A DNA stretch of 62,596 bases from a virus (taxonomy: Duplodnaviria > Caudoviricetes). Made by a program: the position numbers and the translations under genes. The DNA lies in IMG/VR virus record IMGVR_UViG_3300014501_000018, positions 1-62,596 of that record. One strand, given 5' to 3'. The notes below the pieces were generated by a model, which worked only from the letters and a program-made list of their open reading frames with translations, did not search any database and was not told where the DNA came from. Below are positions 1 through 9,824 of this stretch, piece by piece. The first letter of the stretch is position 1. Each line of letters starts with the position of its first letter.

Positions 1-123
1 CGGCAGAGAGCGCGGCATGGAGCGCGGCAGAGAGCGCGGCATGGAGCGCGGCATGGAGCGCGGCAAGGAGCGCGGCAGAGAGCGCGGCATGGAGCGCGGC
101 AGAGAGCGCGGCGAATAAAAAGC
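1..123. repeat. Terminal direct repeat (left copy); circular closure of the genome
   Basis: Bases 1-123 match 62474-62596, including the non-repetitive tail gcgaataaaaagc. The ORF starting at 61957 continues in frame across the join. Confidence 0.93.
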
Positions 124-194
124 TGGTTGATACTCAAGTGGAGCTGCAACTGTCAGCGGTTGCTTTGATCGAGCGTATGATCGAAGCAACATGA
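1..194 (+). CDS. 3' end of the SAAx-repeat protein starting at 61957 (236 aa over the join)
   Basis: Reads ...SAAESAANKKLVDTQVELQLSAVALIERMIEAT*. TGA at 192-194 overlaps the next ATG at 191 (ATGA coupling). Confidence 0.8.
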   Translation, partial: AESAAWSAAESAAWSAAWSAARSAAESAAWSAAESAANKKLVDTQVELQLSAVALIERMIEAT

Positions 195-451
195 CCCGAG
201 TTTCAAAAGCCGAGATCGAGCGCGCACAAAACTGGCGCTCTAAATCCGGCCTCACCATGACCGAGCTGTCGGACCTGACCGGCTATAGCCCATCGGCGAT
301 CTGCAAGTTCGAGTCGGGTGTGTTCCCGCAGTCGCAGACAACGGCTGAGCACGGTGTGCCGGTCACGGCCTGGCGCCGCTACAAGATGATCTGCATGGCC
401 GTCGACATGCTGACGCGCGCCAACAAATCGATCGAGGATTGGAACTGGTGA
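191..451 (+). CDS. XRE-family helix-turn-helix protein
   Basis: WRSKSGLTMTELSDLTGYSPSAICKFESG fits the HTH_3 pattern. Confidence 0.8.
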   Translation: MTRVSKAEIERAQNWRSKSGLTMTELSDLTGYSPSAICKFESGVFPQSQTTAEHGVPVTAWRRYKMICMAVDMLTRANKSIEDWNW

Positions 452-648
452 TGATTAAATCGTCCGAAGCTTATGCGCTGTTACGTAATTGGGATGATTG
501 CTCACTTGCTGTGCGGCTTGAGTGCCACGAAGCAAAACTGCGAACTTGCCATACAGCCGGCGAGACAGCACAAATAAATATTATTGCTGAAGCCGTTGCT
601 GACGTGTGTGTCGCCGTCAAAATGTTGCTAGGGGAGCAGGCAGAATGA
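451..648 (+). CDS. Hypothetical protein
   Basis: ATG overlaps the upstream stop; no motif recognised. Confidence 0.55.
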   Translation: MIKSSEAYALLRNWDDCSLAVRLECHEAKLRTCHTAGETAQINIIAEAVADVCVAVKMLLGEQAE

Positions 649-1041
649 TCCGCGATCTCCTATCCCTCATTGCCCTAATTAGTTTCATCGCCGTGCTTTG
701 GCTATGGGCCGACATTTTGGGAGTGGGGTTGTGAAAAGACATCACAGATGGTCGCCAACCAAGAATGTAAAATCCATTGTGTTTGAACGACGGTGCTTCA
801 ACTGCAATTGTCGCCATCGAACACTAAAATACACTTACGCCCAAATAAAGTCAGGTCAATTGCCTCCTAACTATTACAAACGAGTGGGCGACGAATGTTG
901 GACGCGACTTTTCAAGGTCCCAACTTGCGAGGGCATGACATTATGATCTGGAACTGGTTGATATCCCACGTCGCCTGCGGCTTGGCCGCGGCTATTTTTG
1001 CGTGCGTCGTTCTGCGATGTCAGATTGTTAGGCCGCTTTGA

Positions 1042-1314
1042 GTGACCAAGCCTCTAAAAACGAAGCGGCTGAAAAACGCCGAGCGCATTTTCGACGCGCT
1101 TTGCGCCGCTCCATACGGATTAAAGATGCCCGAGCTGATCGACAAGGTATATGGTGATCGGCCGGATGGCGGGCCGGAGTGGGCCGTGACGTGCATCCAA
1201 GTGACGGTAATGAATTTCAACAGGCGTGCGAAGAAGAACGGGCGCCGATTACGAATTTACAATAGCAGCCGGCGGGGCAGCACCGGGTATCGTTATCAGA
1301 TTTGGATTGTTTGA
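1042..1314 (+). CDS. Putative winged-helix DNA-binding protein
   Basis: ELIDKVYGDRPDGGPEWAVTCIQVTVMNFNRR...GYR resembles an OmpR-type C-terminal wHTH. Confidence 0.55.
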   Translation: MTKPLKTKRLKNAERIFDALCAAPYGLKMPELIDKVYGDRPDGGPEWAVTCIQVTVMNFNRRAKKNGRRLRIYNSSRRGSTGYRYQIWIV

Positions 1315-1315
1315 T

Positions 1316-3190
1316 ATGCGCCCGGTCATAATTGACTTCGAAAGCTATTACAACGACGACTTCACGCTCAGCAAAATGAGCACTGAGTCGTACATTCGGG
1401 ATAAGCGCTTCGAAGCTCATGGGGCCGCCATCAAATGGAGCCCCGACACCGACGCACGCTGGTACGATGAGCGCCAGCTTCGCTATGTGCTCAAGCAGGA
1501 AGATTGGAGCGATACGTTCCTGATCGCTTGGCACGCTCAGTTTGATGGCTTAATCCTCACCCACCGTTACGATGTGCATCCAAAGATGTGGGGCTGTCCC
1601 ATGTCAATGGCGCGGATGATTCACGGTTCGTCGCAATCCGTCAGCCTCGATAATATCCGCAAGCTTTACGGGATGCCGCAAAAGTCGACGCCATACAATC
1701 TGTTCAAAGGCAAGCATTGGAACGAGATGTCGGAGGACGTGCAGCGCCAGGTCGCTGACGGCTGCGTTGATGAAGTCGAGTCGATCTTTCAACTGTTCAA
1801 GCGTTTTGCGCAAGGATTCCCCGCCGAGGAATTCGAGGTGATCGACTCAGTGATCCGCATGTTCGTCGATCCGGTGCTCGGCGCTGACATGGAGATGTTG
1901 GCAAAACTTTGGACCGACGAGCGCGAGGCCAAGATCAAACGCATGGCGGCGCTGGGACTTCAAGATGATGCGTCGCTGCAGTCGGCGGCAAAGTTTACCG
2001 AGCTGCTTGAGATCGAAGGCATTGACGTTGAAACCAAACCGGGAAAGAAGGGGCCAATCCCATGTTTTGCCAAGAACGACGCATTCATGCAGGACTTGTT
2101 GGAGCATCCCAATGAGCGGATTCGAACGCTGGCGGAAGCGAGAATTGGAGCGAAGTCGACGCTGCTCCAAACGAGAGCCGAGACGTTGGGCTTCATGGGA
2201 CGTAGGGGACCTCTGTGCGTCTATCTGCGCCACTGCGGAGCTGGTACGCTACGACCTTCGGGCGGTGACGGAGCAAACTGGCTCAACTTCAAACGTGGTT
2301 CACCTATCCGACGCGCAGTTTTGGCGCCTGATGGCTGCCTGCTCGCGCCCGTAGACTCGTCGCAGATCGAGTTTCGGGTTGGTGCATATCTCGCCGGTCA
2401 GGATGACGTGATCGAGCAGTTGCGCCGCGGCGAGGATCCCTACGTTGACATCGCTTCCGAGTTTTATGGCGAGAAGGTTTACAAACCCGACAAGAATGAT
2501 CCGCGCCGGCTGGAGATGGAGCAAAAGCGCGGGGCAGGCAAGCAAGCGAAATTGATGTGTCAGTACGGCGCTGCGGGTGGGCAATTCAAGAAAACTGCGC
2601 GAGCCGGGCTCTATGGTCCGCCGATCGATATGTCGATCGAGGATGCCAATCGATTCGTAAAGCTCTACCGCGATTCGAGCCCGGCGATGTGCGCCAAGAA
2701 CACTGGATATTGGGCAGCGTGTGAGCGGCTATTGGCACGGCTTGCCGGCGGGCCGCCGATGGAGTTTGGGCCATTGACGGTGAAGGATCATAAAATCTTC
2801 TTGCCGAGTGGCCAGTATATGGTCTATGACTCTCTCGAATATCATCGGCCTGACGAAGATGAAGAATGCCGGGATTTCGAGCGCGACGGTTACTGGCGCG
2901 TAAAGGTGAAGTCGGGTTGGAAAAAGATGTGGGGTGCCAAGCTGACACAGAACATATGCGAGGCAGTGTCGCGCGTGATTGTTACGCAAGCCATGATACG
3001 GATCAAACGGCAATACGGGTTTCGTACCTTGAACCATCCTTATGACGAGTTGTTGCTGCTGATCCCTGATGACTCCAAGGCGGAAGAAAATTTGGAGTTG
3101 TGCAAAATAGAGATGAAACGCACACCGACCTGGTTGCCGGGTTTGCCGCTTGATTGCGAAGCGGTGTTGGGAAAGAGGTATAGCAAATGA
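1316..3190 (+). CDS. Family A DNA polymerase with N-terminal 3'-5' exonuclease
   Basis: ExoI IDFES, ExoII HAQFD, motif A DSSQIEFR, motif B KQAKLMCQYG, motif C YDEL. Start moved to the ATG at 1316, just after the upstream stop. Confidence 0.93.
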   Translation: MRPVIIDFESYYNDDFTLSKMSTESYIRDKRFEAHGAAIKWSPDTDARWYDERQLRYVLKQEDWSDTFLIAWHAQFDGLILTHRYDVHPKMWGCPMSMARMIHGSSQSVSLDNIRKLYGMPQKSTPYNLFKGKHWNEMSEDVQRQVADGCVDEVESIFQLFKRFAQGFPAEEFEVIDSVIRMFVDPVLGADMEMLAKLWTDEREAKIKRMAALGLQDDASLQSAAKFTELLEIEGIDVETKPGKKGPIPCFAKNDAFMQDLLEHPNERIRTLAEARIGAKSTLLQTRAETLGFMGRRGPLCVYLRHCGAGTLRPSGGDGANWLNFKRGSPIRRAVLAPDGCLLAPVDSSQIEFRVGAYLAGQDDVIEQLRRGEDPYVDIASEFYGEKVYKPDKNDPRRLEMEQKRGAGKQAKLMCQYGAAGGQFKKTARAGLYGPPIDMSIEDANRFVKLYRDSSPAMCAKNTGYWAACERLLARLAGGPPMEFGPLTVKDHKIFLPSGQYMVYDSLEYHRPDEDEECRDFERDGYWRVKVKSGWKKMWGAKLTQNICEAVSRVIVTQAMIRIKRQYGFRTLNHPYDELLLLIPDDSKAEENLELCKIEMKRTPTWLPGLPLDCEAVLGKRYSK

Positions 3191-4309
3191 ACAACGTTTT
3201 CGATTCTCGCACTCTCGTTGAAATTCGCAATCCCGAACCAACCACGCATCCTGATGCCCGGATGGGATTGACCTTGAAGGACATCAAGAAAGATTTTCCG
3301 GTGTCGGAACGGCGGGAGCCGCTGCCTTTGAAATCGAGTAAAGTCTAATGAATCTAATTTGCAAAATCATGGGTCACAAAGAATTGCCGACGGAAACGAC
3401 TCAAGCATCTTCAAGCGGCGCGAGTACACAAGTCGTAGTTTGCTCGCGATGCAAGTGCGTGGTTCGAGTAATTATGCAAAATTCAGGACCCAACCCTTGG
3501 GGCCAGATGTGGTCCAAACCCTTCGATTATCCGGAGCGCTTATGAACACTCTAGCCCCCGCCCACATCCTCCCCGACAAGTGCCCACAATGCGGCGAAGT
3601 CGTGCGCAACGATATGTCGGTCGTGACCGATCCCAAGACCCGCCTGCGCACCTCGGGCCACGTCCAGTTCGCTTGCAACTACGAAGTCGAGATTCCCGCC
3701 GAGGGGCGGGCAAGCGAGAATTTACCCGCCGCAGGCGTGGTCTTGCGCGCGTGCCGGAAGGGGCAGATATGGCCGACGCGCACATAGCCGCCATTGGCCG
3801 CCGGCTGGCGGAAGCTTTGTCCGACGTAGCTTACACACGCAAGGACGAGGACAAGAAGCGCGTAGCTCAGCTTAATATGCAGTTGTGCAACGCCGTAAAA
3901 CTAGAAACAACCGAGCAGGAGAAACCTAATGGTTGACGAGTCCCCCTTCGCCAATTTCGTACCTTCAACCGAAGCGCCAACGGAGCCATCGAAGAATGCC
4001 AGCACGAATAAACCGAAAAAGCGCGGTAAAAATAAAGCCCTCCACGCCGTCGTTTCAAAGATGGCTGAAGTACCTGCACAGCCGCCTGCCGTTGCCAACA
4101 CCGCGAAGAAACCACGAAAAGTTCGCAAGGCCAAAGAGCCTCGAAAGGCACGCGCCATGAAGGTCGAGCTGACAACGGCGCTGGTCGCAGTTGCCGGGCT
4201 TACCGAAGCGGATTGCCAAGTCTTGGAGCACCTGACATCGTTCCTCGCCTCGCACCCCAAGAAATCGCGTAGTCGAGTTATTGGCGCCCTGGCCAAGATA
4301 TTCGCGTGA
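3187..4309 (+). other. Run of five small coupled hypothetical genes (3187-3348, 3348-3545, 3542-3787, 3769-3936, 3929-4309)
   Basis: Tiled overlapping starts and stops. Two have CxxC motifs; the last is Lys/Ala-rich. Confidence 0.55.
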
Positions 4310-5007
4310 ACGTTCCGCTACCATCGGACCTGAGCATTCCGCCGTTCCTCGATAGGCGGAAGCTGGTCTATACCTACACGATGTTGTCCGCTTACAAAAA
4401 TTGCGGACACGCCATGTTTCGGCGTTACATTAAGAAGGATATTCCATACGTCGAGACCCCCGAGATGAAATGGGGCAACGATGTGCACACCGCGTTCGAG
4501 CATCGCGTCGGATCCGGCAAACCACTGCCAACGACCATGCAGCAATGGGAGTCGTTTGCTTCTCCGTTCTCGAACCGCGGCGCCATTTGCGAGCAGAAGC
4601 TGGGTATTACCAAGGAAGGTCGCCCCACCGGCTATTGGGACAATGATTGCTGGTTTCGCGGCAAGGTCGACTTGGCGATTTTTCACGACGCTAAGGCGTT
4701 CATCAACGACTGGAAAACGGGCGGGTCTAAATACGAAGATCCGTTCGAGCTTGAAGTCGGCGCGCTCTTGCTCAAGGCAAAATATCCGGAGCTGACGCTG
4801 GTAAAGGGGAGCTACACCTGGCTCAAGGAAAACCGCGTCGGGCAGATGTACGATCTCTCGCGCTTCCGAGACGCCTGGAACGAAATCAATCGCGTCATTG
4901 CCAAGATCGAAGCCGATCGTCAGTCAGGCGAGTTCGAAAAGAACCGGAGCGGGCTTTGCGGCTGGTGCGATTGTTTGGATTGCGAACACAACAATAAAAA
5001 ATCATGA
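4306..5007 (+). CDS. Cas4-like PD-(D/E)XK exonuclease
   Basis: N-terminal YKNC, G..VH, RGKVD...DWKTG nuclease motif, C-terminal CGWC...C cysteine cluster. Confidence 0.85.
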   Translation: MNVPLPSDLSIPPFLDRRKLVYTYTMLSAYKNCGHAMFRRYIKKDIPYVETPEMKWGNDVHTAFEHRVGSGKPLPTTMQQWESFASPFSNRGAICEQKLGITKEGRPTGYWDNDCWFRGKVDLAIFHDAKAFINDWKTGGSKYEDPFELEVGALLLKAKYPELTLVKGSYTWLKENRVGQMYDLSRFRDAWNEINRVIAKIEADRQSGEFEKNRSGLCGWCDCLDCEHNNKKS

Positions 5008-5195
5008 ATCCCAAGGAATGTCCTTTTTGTGGAAATCAACAACCTAAAATAAACACTTCCCGATGTGGTAGTACGCGACGCGCAGCAGTTCACTGTTCTG
5101 GCTGTGGAGCGACAGGTCCTCGGTGCTATAGCAGGGAATTGGAAAATCCTCTATTTCTATGCGAAGCCATAATTTTATGGAACGATCGTAAATGA
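5004..5195 (+). CDS. Lar-like zinc-ribbon protein
   Basis: CPFCG...CSGCGATGP...AIILWN. Confidence 0.7.
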   Translation: MNPKECPFCGNQQPKINTSRCGSTRRAAVHCSGCGATGPRCYSRELENPLFLCEAIILWNDRK

Positions 5196-5482
5196 AAACC
5201 CCCGAGTCCTATACGAGAGACCCCGTTCGAAAATATCTGAAATCGATCGGCGCCTACCGTTTTGCGCCGGTTCAAATGGGTCTGGGCGCCGCGACGCTGG
5301 ACGATCTCTGCTGCATCGCCGGCCGCTTTGTCGGTATCGAGTACAAGGCGCCGGGCAAGATCCCCACACCAAGGCAGCAATTGACAATGCAGGAAATCAG
5401 GCGCGCTGGCGGCGTCGCTGTGTGGGGCGACAACGCGCCAGCGATAATCGAGGAACTAAAAACGAGGCTTGGCTTACCGTGA
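5192..5482 (+). CDS. VRR-NUC domain nuclease
   Basis: D....GRFVGIEYKAPGKIPTPRQ...IRRAGG. Confidence 0.85.
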   Translation: MKTPESYTRDPVRKYLKSIGAYRFAPVQMGLGAATLDDLCCIAGRFVGIEYKAPGKIPTPRQQLTMQEIRRAGGVAVWGDNAPAIIEELKTRLGLP

Positions 5483-5728
5483 ATGCGGGAACAACGACAA
5501 CCCGCTGCCAGCGCCGACCAAGCATTCGAGCAGCATAAAAACGAAATAGATCACGTAGATGCAGACGATGGCCCACAGTATGATGTTGATGACCGCCATG
5601 ACCATGCTGCCGATCCCGCCGAGCTGGGCCGCGACCCAAGGCAGGAACAAGCGCAGGATCGCCACGACGGCGCAGACGATGACCAGCCAAACCAGAATCT
5701 GTTCGACCCAGCTCAATGAAAAGCACAC
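5474..5728 (-). CDS. Small two-TM membrane protein, antisense to the replication operon
   Basis: GAGGTG Shine-Dalgarno before GTG at 5728; two long hydrophobic segments. Confidence 0.7.
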   Translation of the reverse strand: MCFSLSWVEQILVWLVIVCAVVAILRLFLPWVAAQLGGIGSMVMAVINIILWAIVCIYVIYFVFMLLECLVGAGSGLSLFPHSR

Positions 5729-5792
5729 GGTACACCTCGCGCGCCCCGTGGCGGGGCTGGTCCGATAACGCCCGAGCGGTTGAGAAGTTCCA

Positions 5793-7388
5793 ATGCAATT
5801 TTTTTTCGACCAACCGCGCAATCTCTTAATTTACGAGCGCCCTTCACCGCTGGTCCTGCAGCATATCCCCGAGGCTAGGCAATTGAACGGCGCCTATGTT
5901 GCGGTGCCGCGCACTCTCCGAAACAGCCAAGTGCTGCGGTGGCTGAATTACCCGGTCGCGCCGGTCATTACCGATGCGAATTACGACTGGCCGATTGAGC
6001 CCGGCAAAACGCCGCTGCCGCACCAGAAAATAATGGCCAACTTTGGTGTGCTTCATCCGCGCATGTTCAATTTGTCCGACATGGGTACCATGAAAACGCT
6101 GGCGACCTTGTGGGCCGCTGACTGGTTGATAAAGCAATACCCAAATGGCGCATTTCGCGCTATCATTGTTGCTCCGTTGTCGATCTTGGAAAGGGTATGG
6201 GCCAATGCCATCTTCACGAACTTCCTTGGGCATCGTACATTTGAAATCCTCTACGGAAGCGCAGAACAACGTATCAAAGCTTTGTCTCGATCTGCAGACT
6301 TTTATATCGTCAACTTCGATGGCGTCGGAGTTGGCGCCCATACGAGAAAGCGCTTTGAACTTGATGGTTTTAGCCGCTGCTTATCGGAACGCGATGACAT
6401 CAGACTTGCCATTGTTGACGAAGCCAGCGGCTACCGAGACGCCACCACCAAACGACATCGCATCGCGCGGTTGGTCATAGGCAAGCGACCTTACCTCTGG
6501 CTTTTGACTGGAACGCCAACCCCGAACGCGCCGACCGACGCCTACGGCTTGGCAAAAATGGTCAACAACGCTTTTGGAAAATCCTTCACGTCGTTTCGCG
6601 AAGAAACGATGATGAAGATATCCAATTTCAAATGGGTGCCGCGCACCGGGAGCTACGACATCGCGCGGCGGCTGCTCACCCCTTCGATCCGGTTCGATAT
6701 CAAACAAGTGTGGGATGGCCCCGAGCTAACAACGCAGCAACGTCAGGTCGAGTTGACTGCTGAGCAGAAAAAATTGTTCGCCGATCTTAAGCGGGACTTG
6801 CAAGTCGTTGTCAAAAGCGGGCATCCCATAACGGCCGCTAACGAAGCTGCGGTGCGCACCAAATTCATCCAGATCAGCCTCGGCGGTATTTATGATGCCA
6901 GCCACGTTTCGCACCCGGTTGACGCCAAGCCCCGGCTGGACGAACTCAAGGCGGTGTTGGAGCAAGCCCCCGCCAAAACTATCGTTTTTGTGCCCTTGAC
7001 GAACATTGTGAACATGCTGTATAAAGATTTGAAGAAGCGGTGGAGCTGCGAGATAGTCAATGGAGATACCAGTCAGAAGGATCGCTCGCGGATATTTCAG
7101 GCTTTCCAAGAGCTACCCGACCCACGAATTCTTATTGCTGATCCCGGCTGCATGGCCCACGGCCTTGACCTTTACGCGGCTCAGACAGTTATTTGGTTCG
7201 GACCCACAGACCGTACTGAGCTATATTTGCAAGCAAATAAACGGGCACACCGGCCGGGACAAAATTATCCAGTTACCGTCGTTCAACTTGTGAGCAACAA
7301 ATTGGAACAGGAAATTTTCAAACGTTTGGAAACCAACACGACCCTTCAAGGGGTCTTGCTTCAGATGGTCCGGGATAATGTCATTTGA
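5793..7388 (+). CDS. SNF2-family (SF2) helicase
   Basis: DMGTMKT, VDEAS, LTGTPTPN, AHGLDL, QANKRAHRPGQ. Confidence 0.92.
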   Translation: MQFFFDQPRNLLIYERPSPLVLQHIPEARQLNGAYVAVPRTLRNSQVLRWLNYPVAPVITDANYDWPIEPGKTPLPHQKIMANFGVLHPRMFNLSDMGTMKTLATLWAADWLIKQYPNGAFRAIIVAPLSILERVWANAIFTNFLGHRTFEILYGSAEQRIKALSRSADFYIVNFDGVGVGAHTRKRFELDGFSRCLSERDDIRLAIVDEASGYRDATTKRHRIARLVIGKRPYLWLLTGTPTPNAPTDAYGLAKMVNNAFGKSFTSFREETMMKISNFKWVPRTGSYDIARRLLTPSIRFDIKQVWDGPELTTQQRQVELTAEQKKLFADLKRDLQVVVKSGHPITAANEAAVRTKFIQISLGGIYDASHVSHPVDAKPRLDELKAVLEQAPAKTIVFVPLTNIVNMLYKDLKKRWSCEIVNGDTSQKDRSRIFQAFQELPDPRILIADPGCMAHGLDLYAAQTVIWFGPTDRTELYLQANKRAHRPGQNYPVTVVQLVSNKLEQEIFKRLETNTTLQGVLLQMVRDNVI

Positions 7389-7800
7389 ATTGCCGCAACG
7401 TTTTGCCGAAAAGATAATTCCAGAACCCAATTCTGGGTGCTGGATTTGGTTAGGAGCGTTGGACGGAAAAGGCTATGGCCGTGCGAAGATAAAGGGGACT
7501 CGAATCAACGCGCCAGCCCACCGGATGATATTTGAATTAGCGTTTGGCGAGATCGGAAGTAAACTGGTTCTGGATCATCGTTGTAGGGTTAGATGTTGTT
7601 GTAATCCACAGCATTTAGAGCCAATAACGAATAAGGAAAATATTTTAAGAGGCGAATCCCCTTCTGCAATAAATGCTGCAAAACAATTCTGCATTAATGG
7701 ACATTCTTTACTCGATGCGTACATCGTGGATAGCACGCGAAAATGCAGAACCTGTCAGTTATCGAACATGGCTTCTTACTACAAAAGAAAGAACGCGTGA
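7378..7800 (+). CDS. HNH homing-type endonuclease
   Basis: SGCWIWLGA...AHR...DHRC....CCNPQHLEPIT..EN, plus a C-terminal C..GH...C..C. Confidence 0.88.
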   Translation: MSFELPQRFAEKIIPEPNSGCWIWLGALDGKGYGRAKIKGTRINAPAHRMIFELAFGEIGSKLVLDHRCRVRCCCNPQHLEPITNKENILRGESPSAINAAKQFCINGHSLLDAYIVDSTRKCRTCQLSNMASYYKRKNA

Positions 7801-8297
7801 TGCCCCGAACAAAAAAACAACCCGAGATCGCTACGCAGGAAGATGTTCGCCCGCTCATCAGCGAAACCGCCGAGCAATTGATCGTCGAGCACAACAAGCT
7901 GGACGAGTTCATCAAAGCCGAGAGCAAGCGCTTCGGAGAATTTTTAAAGCCGCACAAGGATCGTCTCGAAGCGATCGGAAACGATCTTTTGGCGCTGTCC
8001 AATCTGCAAAAATGGGATAGCATCAGGACGGATGCCGGTACGGCTTATCGATCGACGTTGCTGAATGTCTCGGTGTCGCCGGAGGGATTGCCCTACCAAA
8101 CCGACAAGGGCGCCTCGGTAGGCCGCGAAGCCCTTCTGGATTTTGCGCTGGATCACTGGGATGACATCGGCAATGATCTGTTGCTGGTGTCGCCGCAAAA
8201 AGATGCCGTCAAAAAATTCATGGAAGCTAACGACGGAAAACCGCCACCCGGCTGTAAAGTCGGTTGGTTTACTCGGATAAATATTCGCAAGAGCTGA
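7800..8297 (+). CDS. Hypothetical protein of the replication module (coiled N-terminus)
   Basis: ATG overlaps the HNH stop; ends in PPPG.....INIRK, as often seen in phage replication modules. Confidence 0.65.
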   Translation: MPRTKKQPEIATQEDVRPLISETAEQLIVEHNKLDEFIKAESKRFGEFLKPHKDRLEAIGNDLLALSNLQKWDSIRTDAGTAYRSTLLNVSVSPEGLPYQTDKGASVGREALLDFALDHWDDIGNDLLLVSPQKDAVKKFMEANDGKPPPGCKVGWFTRINIRKS

Positions 8298-8299
8298 TC

Positions 8300-8476
8300 A
8301 TGCCAAAATCCGAACTGATTGATATTGCGGCGCAAGTCCGAGGTGACACCGAAAAAGCATGGCGACTGCATGACGGCACCAAGACGGAGTGGGTACCGAA
8401 GTCTTTGGTTGAACAAAACCCTGACGGAACTTTCACAATGCCAGAGTGGCTGGCAAAAGATAAAGGATTCATCTGA
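8300..8476 (+). CDS. Small hypothetical protein
   Basis: TEKAW...WVPKS...MPEWLAKDKG. Confidence 0.7.
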   Translation: MPKSELIDIAAQVRGDTEKAWRLHDGTKTEWVPKSLVEQNPDGTFTMPEWLAKDKGFI

Positions 8477-9537
8477 TGAACACCCTTCCCGACTACATCC
8501 AAAATCGCCAGTCTCGCGGCCTCGCCCAGCGCGTCACCCAGAACCTGGGCACGTCGAGCCCGCCTTATCTTTCGATCCTCGGCGGCAAATTCACGCTGGT
8601 CGACGCTGGCGGCAACGAGCAGCCGCTGATCACTTTCGAAGGCGATCCCAGCAAGGTCATGCGTGGCCAGGCCGCCGGGCCTTATGCTGACGTGGTGATT
8701 ATCGACGTGAACGATCACGTCTCGCGCATTTTTTATGATGTCGATTTCGATCCGAACGCGCAGTCATATCAGCCGCCGGCTTGCTTCTCGCATAACGGCG
8801 TCGGGCCTTCAAAATTGTCGGCCAAGCCGCAGTCGCCGACCTGCGCTGCTTGCCCGAATGCGGTGTGGGGCTCGGCTACGTCCAACGTGAGCGGCAAAGG
8901 CATCCCGGCTTGTGCCCAGTATCAGTTCGTGTCGGTGCTGCTGGCGGGTCACGACATGCCGTTCCTGTTCCGCATCCCGCCCAACAGTCTTAAGAACTAT
9001 CGGGCCTATGCCGAGCAATTCCGCGGCCAAAAGTTCGACATGGAGTCGGTGTTTACCCGGCTGTCGTTCATCAGTCAGGGCACACTGGCGTTCATTCCGT
9101 CCGGCTGGCCGGCGCCTGAAATGTTGGCTTTGAGCGACAAGCTGTTCGCCGCCAAGGCGACCGACGCCATGATCGGGCGGCTGGACATTCCGATCCAGGG
9201 CGCTTTGCCATCTCCAAACGCGGCAGCGGCGTTGCCGCAGACGGGGCCAGCTCCTTTCGTTCCGGCTGTCGCCGCAGCTCCAGCGACCCTCCCTGCGGCA
9301 CCCCTGACCGCTACGGCTGGTCCTGCTGCGGCTAACCCAGCGCCTAGCGGACGAGGCCGGCGTCGCAATACCGCGGCAGTTCAGCCCGAGCCGCAGCAGA
9401 TGAATGCTCCGTTCATGGAGCAACCCGCACCGGCAGCACCTGCGCAGGCCGCCCCAGCCTCGTTCGGCATGTCGACCGGCGTGCCGCCCAACCCCGAGGT
9501 TTCCAACATGCTCGATAACCTGTTTGGGCCGGCGTAA
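8476..9537 (+). CDS. Putative ssDNA-binding/annealing protein
   Basis: C.S.NG..P...CAACP...WGS....GK..AC motif, Pro/Ala linker and acidic C-terminal tail; sits in the replication module. Confidence 0.55.
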   Translation: MNTLPDYIQNRQSRGLAQRVTQNLGTSSPPYLSILGGKFTLVDAGGNEQPLITFEGDPSKVMRGQAAGPYADVVIIDVNDHVSRIFYDVDFDPNAQSYQPPACFSHNGVGPSKLSAKPQSPTCAACPNAVWGSATSNVSGKGIPACAQYQFVSVLLAGHDMPFLFRIPPNSLKNYRAYAEQFRGQKFDMESVFTRLSFISQGTLAFIPSGWPAPEMLALSDKLFAAKATDAMIGRLDIPIQGALPSPNAAAALPQTGPAPFVPAVAAAPATLPAAPLTATAGPAAANPAPSGRGRRRNTAAVQPEPQQMNAPFMEQPAPAAPAQAAPASFGMSTGVPPNPEVSNMLDNLFGPA

Positions 9538-9821
9538 TGCCCGCCAACGGAGGGTTTGCTCAGCGGCTCCAGTCGATCATGAGGGATGGCAACCTCACTG
9601 GAGCCGACCTTGCCCGCTGGTTCGATCGGCCGGATCCGACCGTGCGCGGCTGGATCAGCGGGGCGCACGATCTGGGTGGGGCGCAGCTCGACGTGGCGTA
9701 TATCGAGGCGCAGTTGGGCAAGCTCGAAAAGCTATTGAAGAATAAATCTGGCTTGCCGGTGCCGCGGCTCACTCCGTCCGAACGGATCGAGCACTTAACA
9801 AGTCTCAAGATGGTGCGGTAG
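9537..9821 (+). CDS. Cro/CI-like HTH protein
   Basis: LTGADLARWFDRPDPTVRGWISG. Confidence 0.75.
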   Translation: MPANGGFAQRLQSIMRDGNLTGADLARWFDRPDPTVRGWISGAHDLGGAQLDVAYIEAQLGKLEKLLKNKSGLPVPRLTPSERIEHLTSLKMVR

Positions 9822-9824
9822 GTC

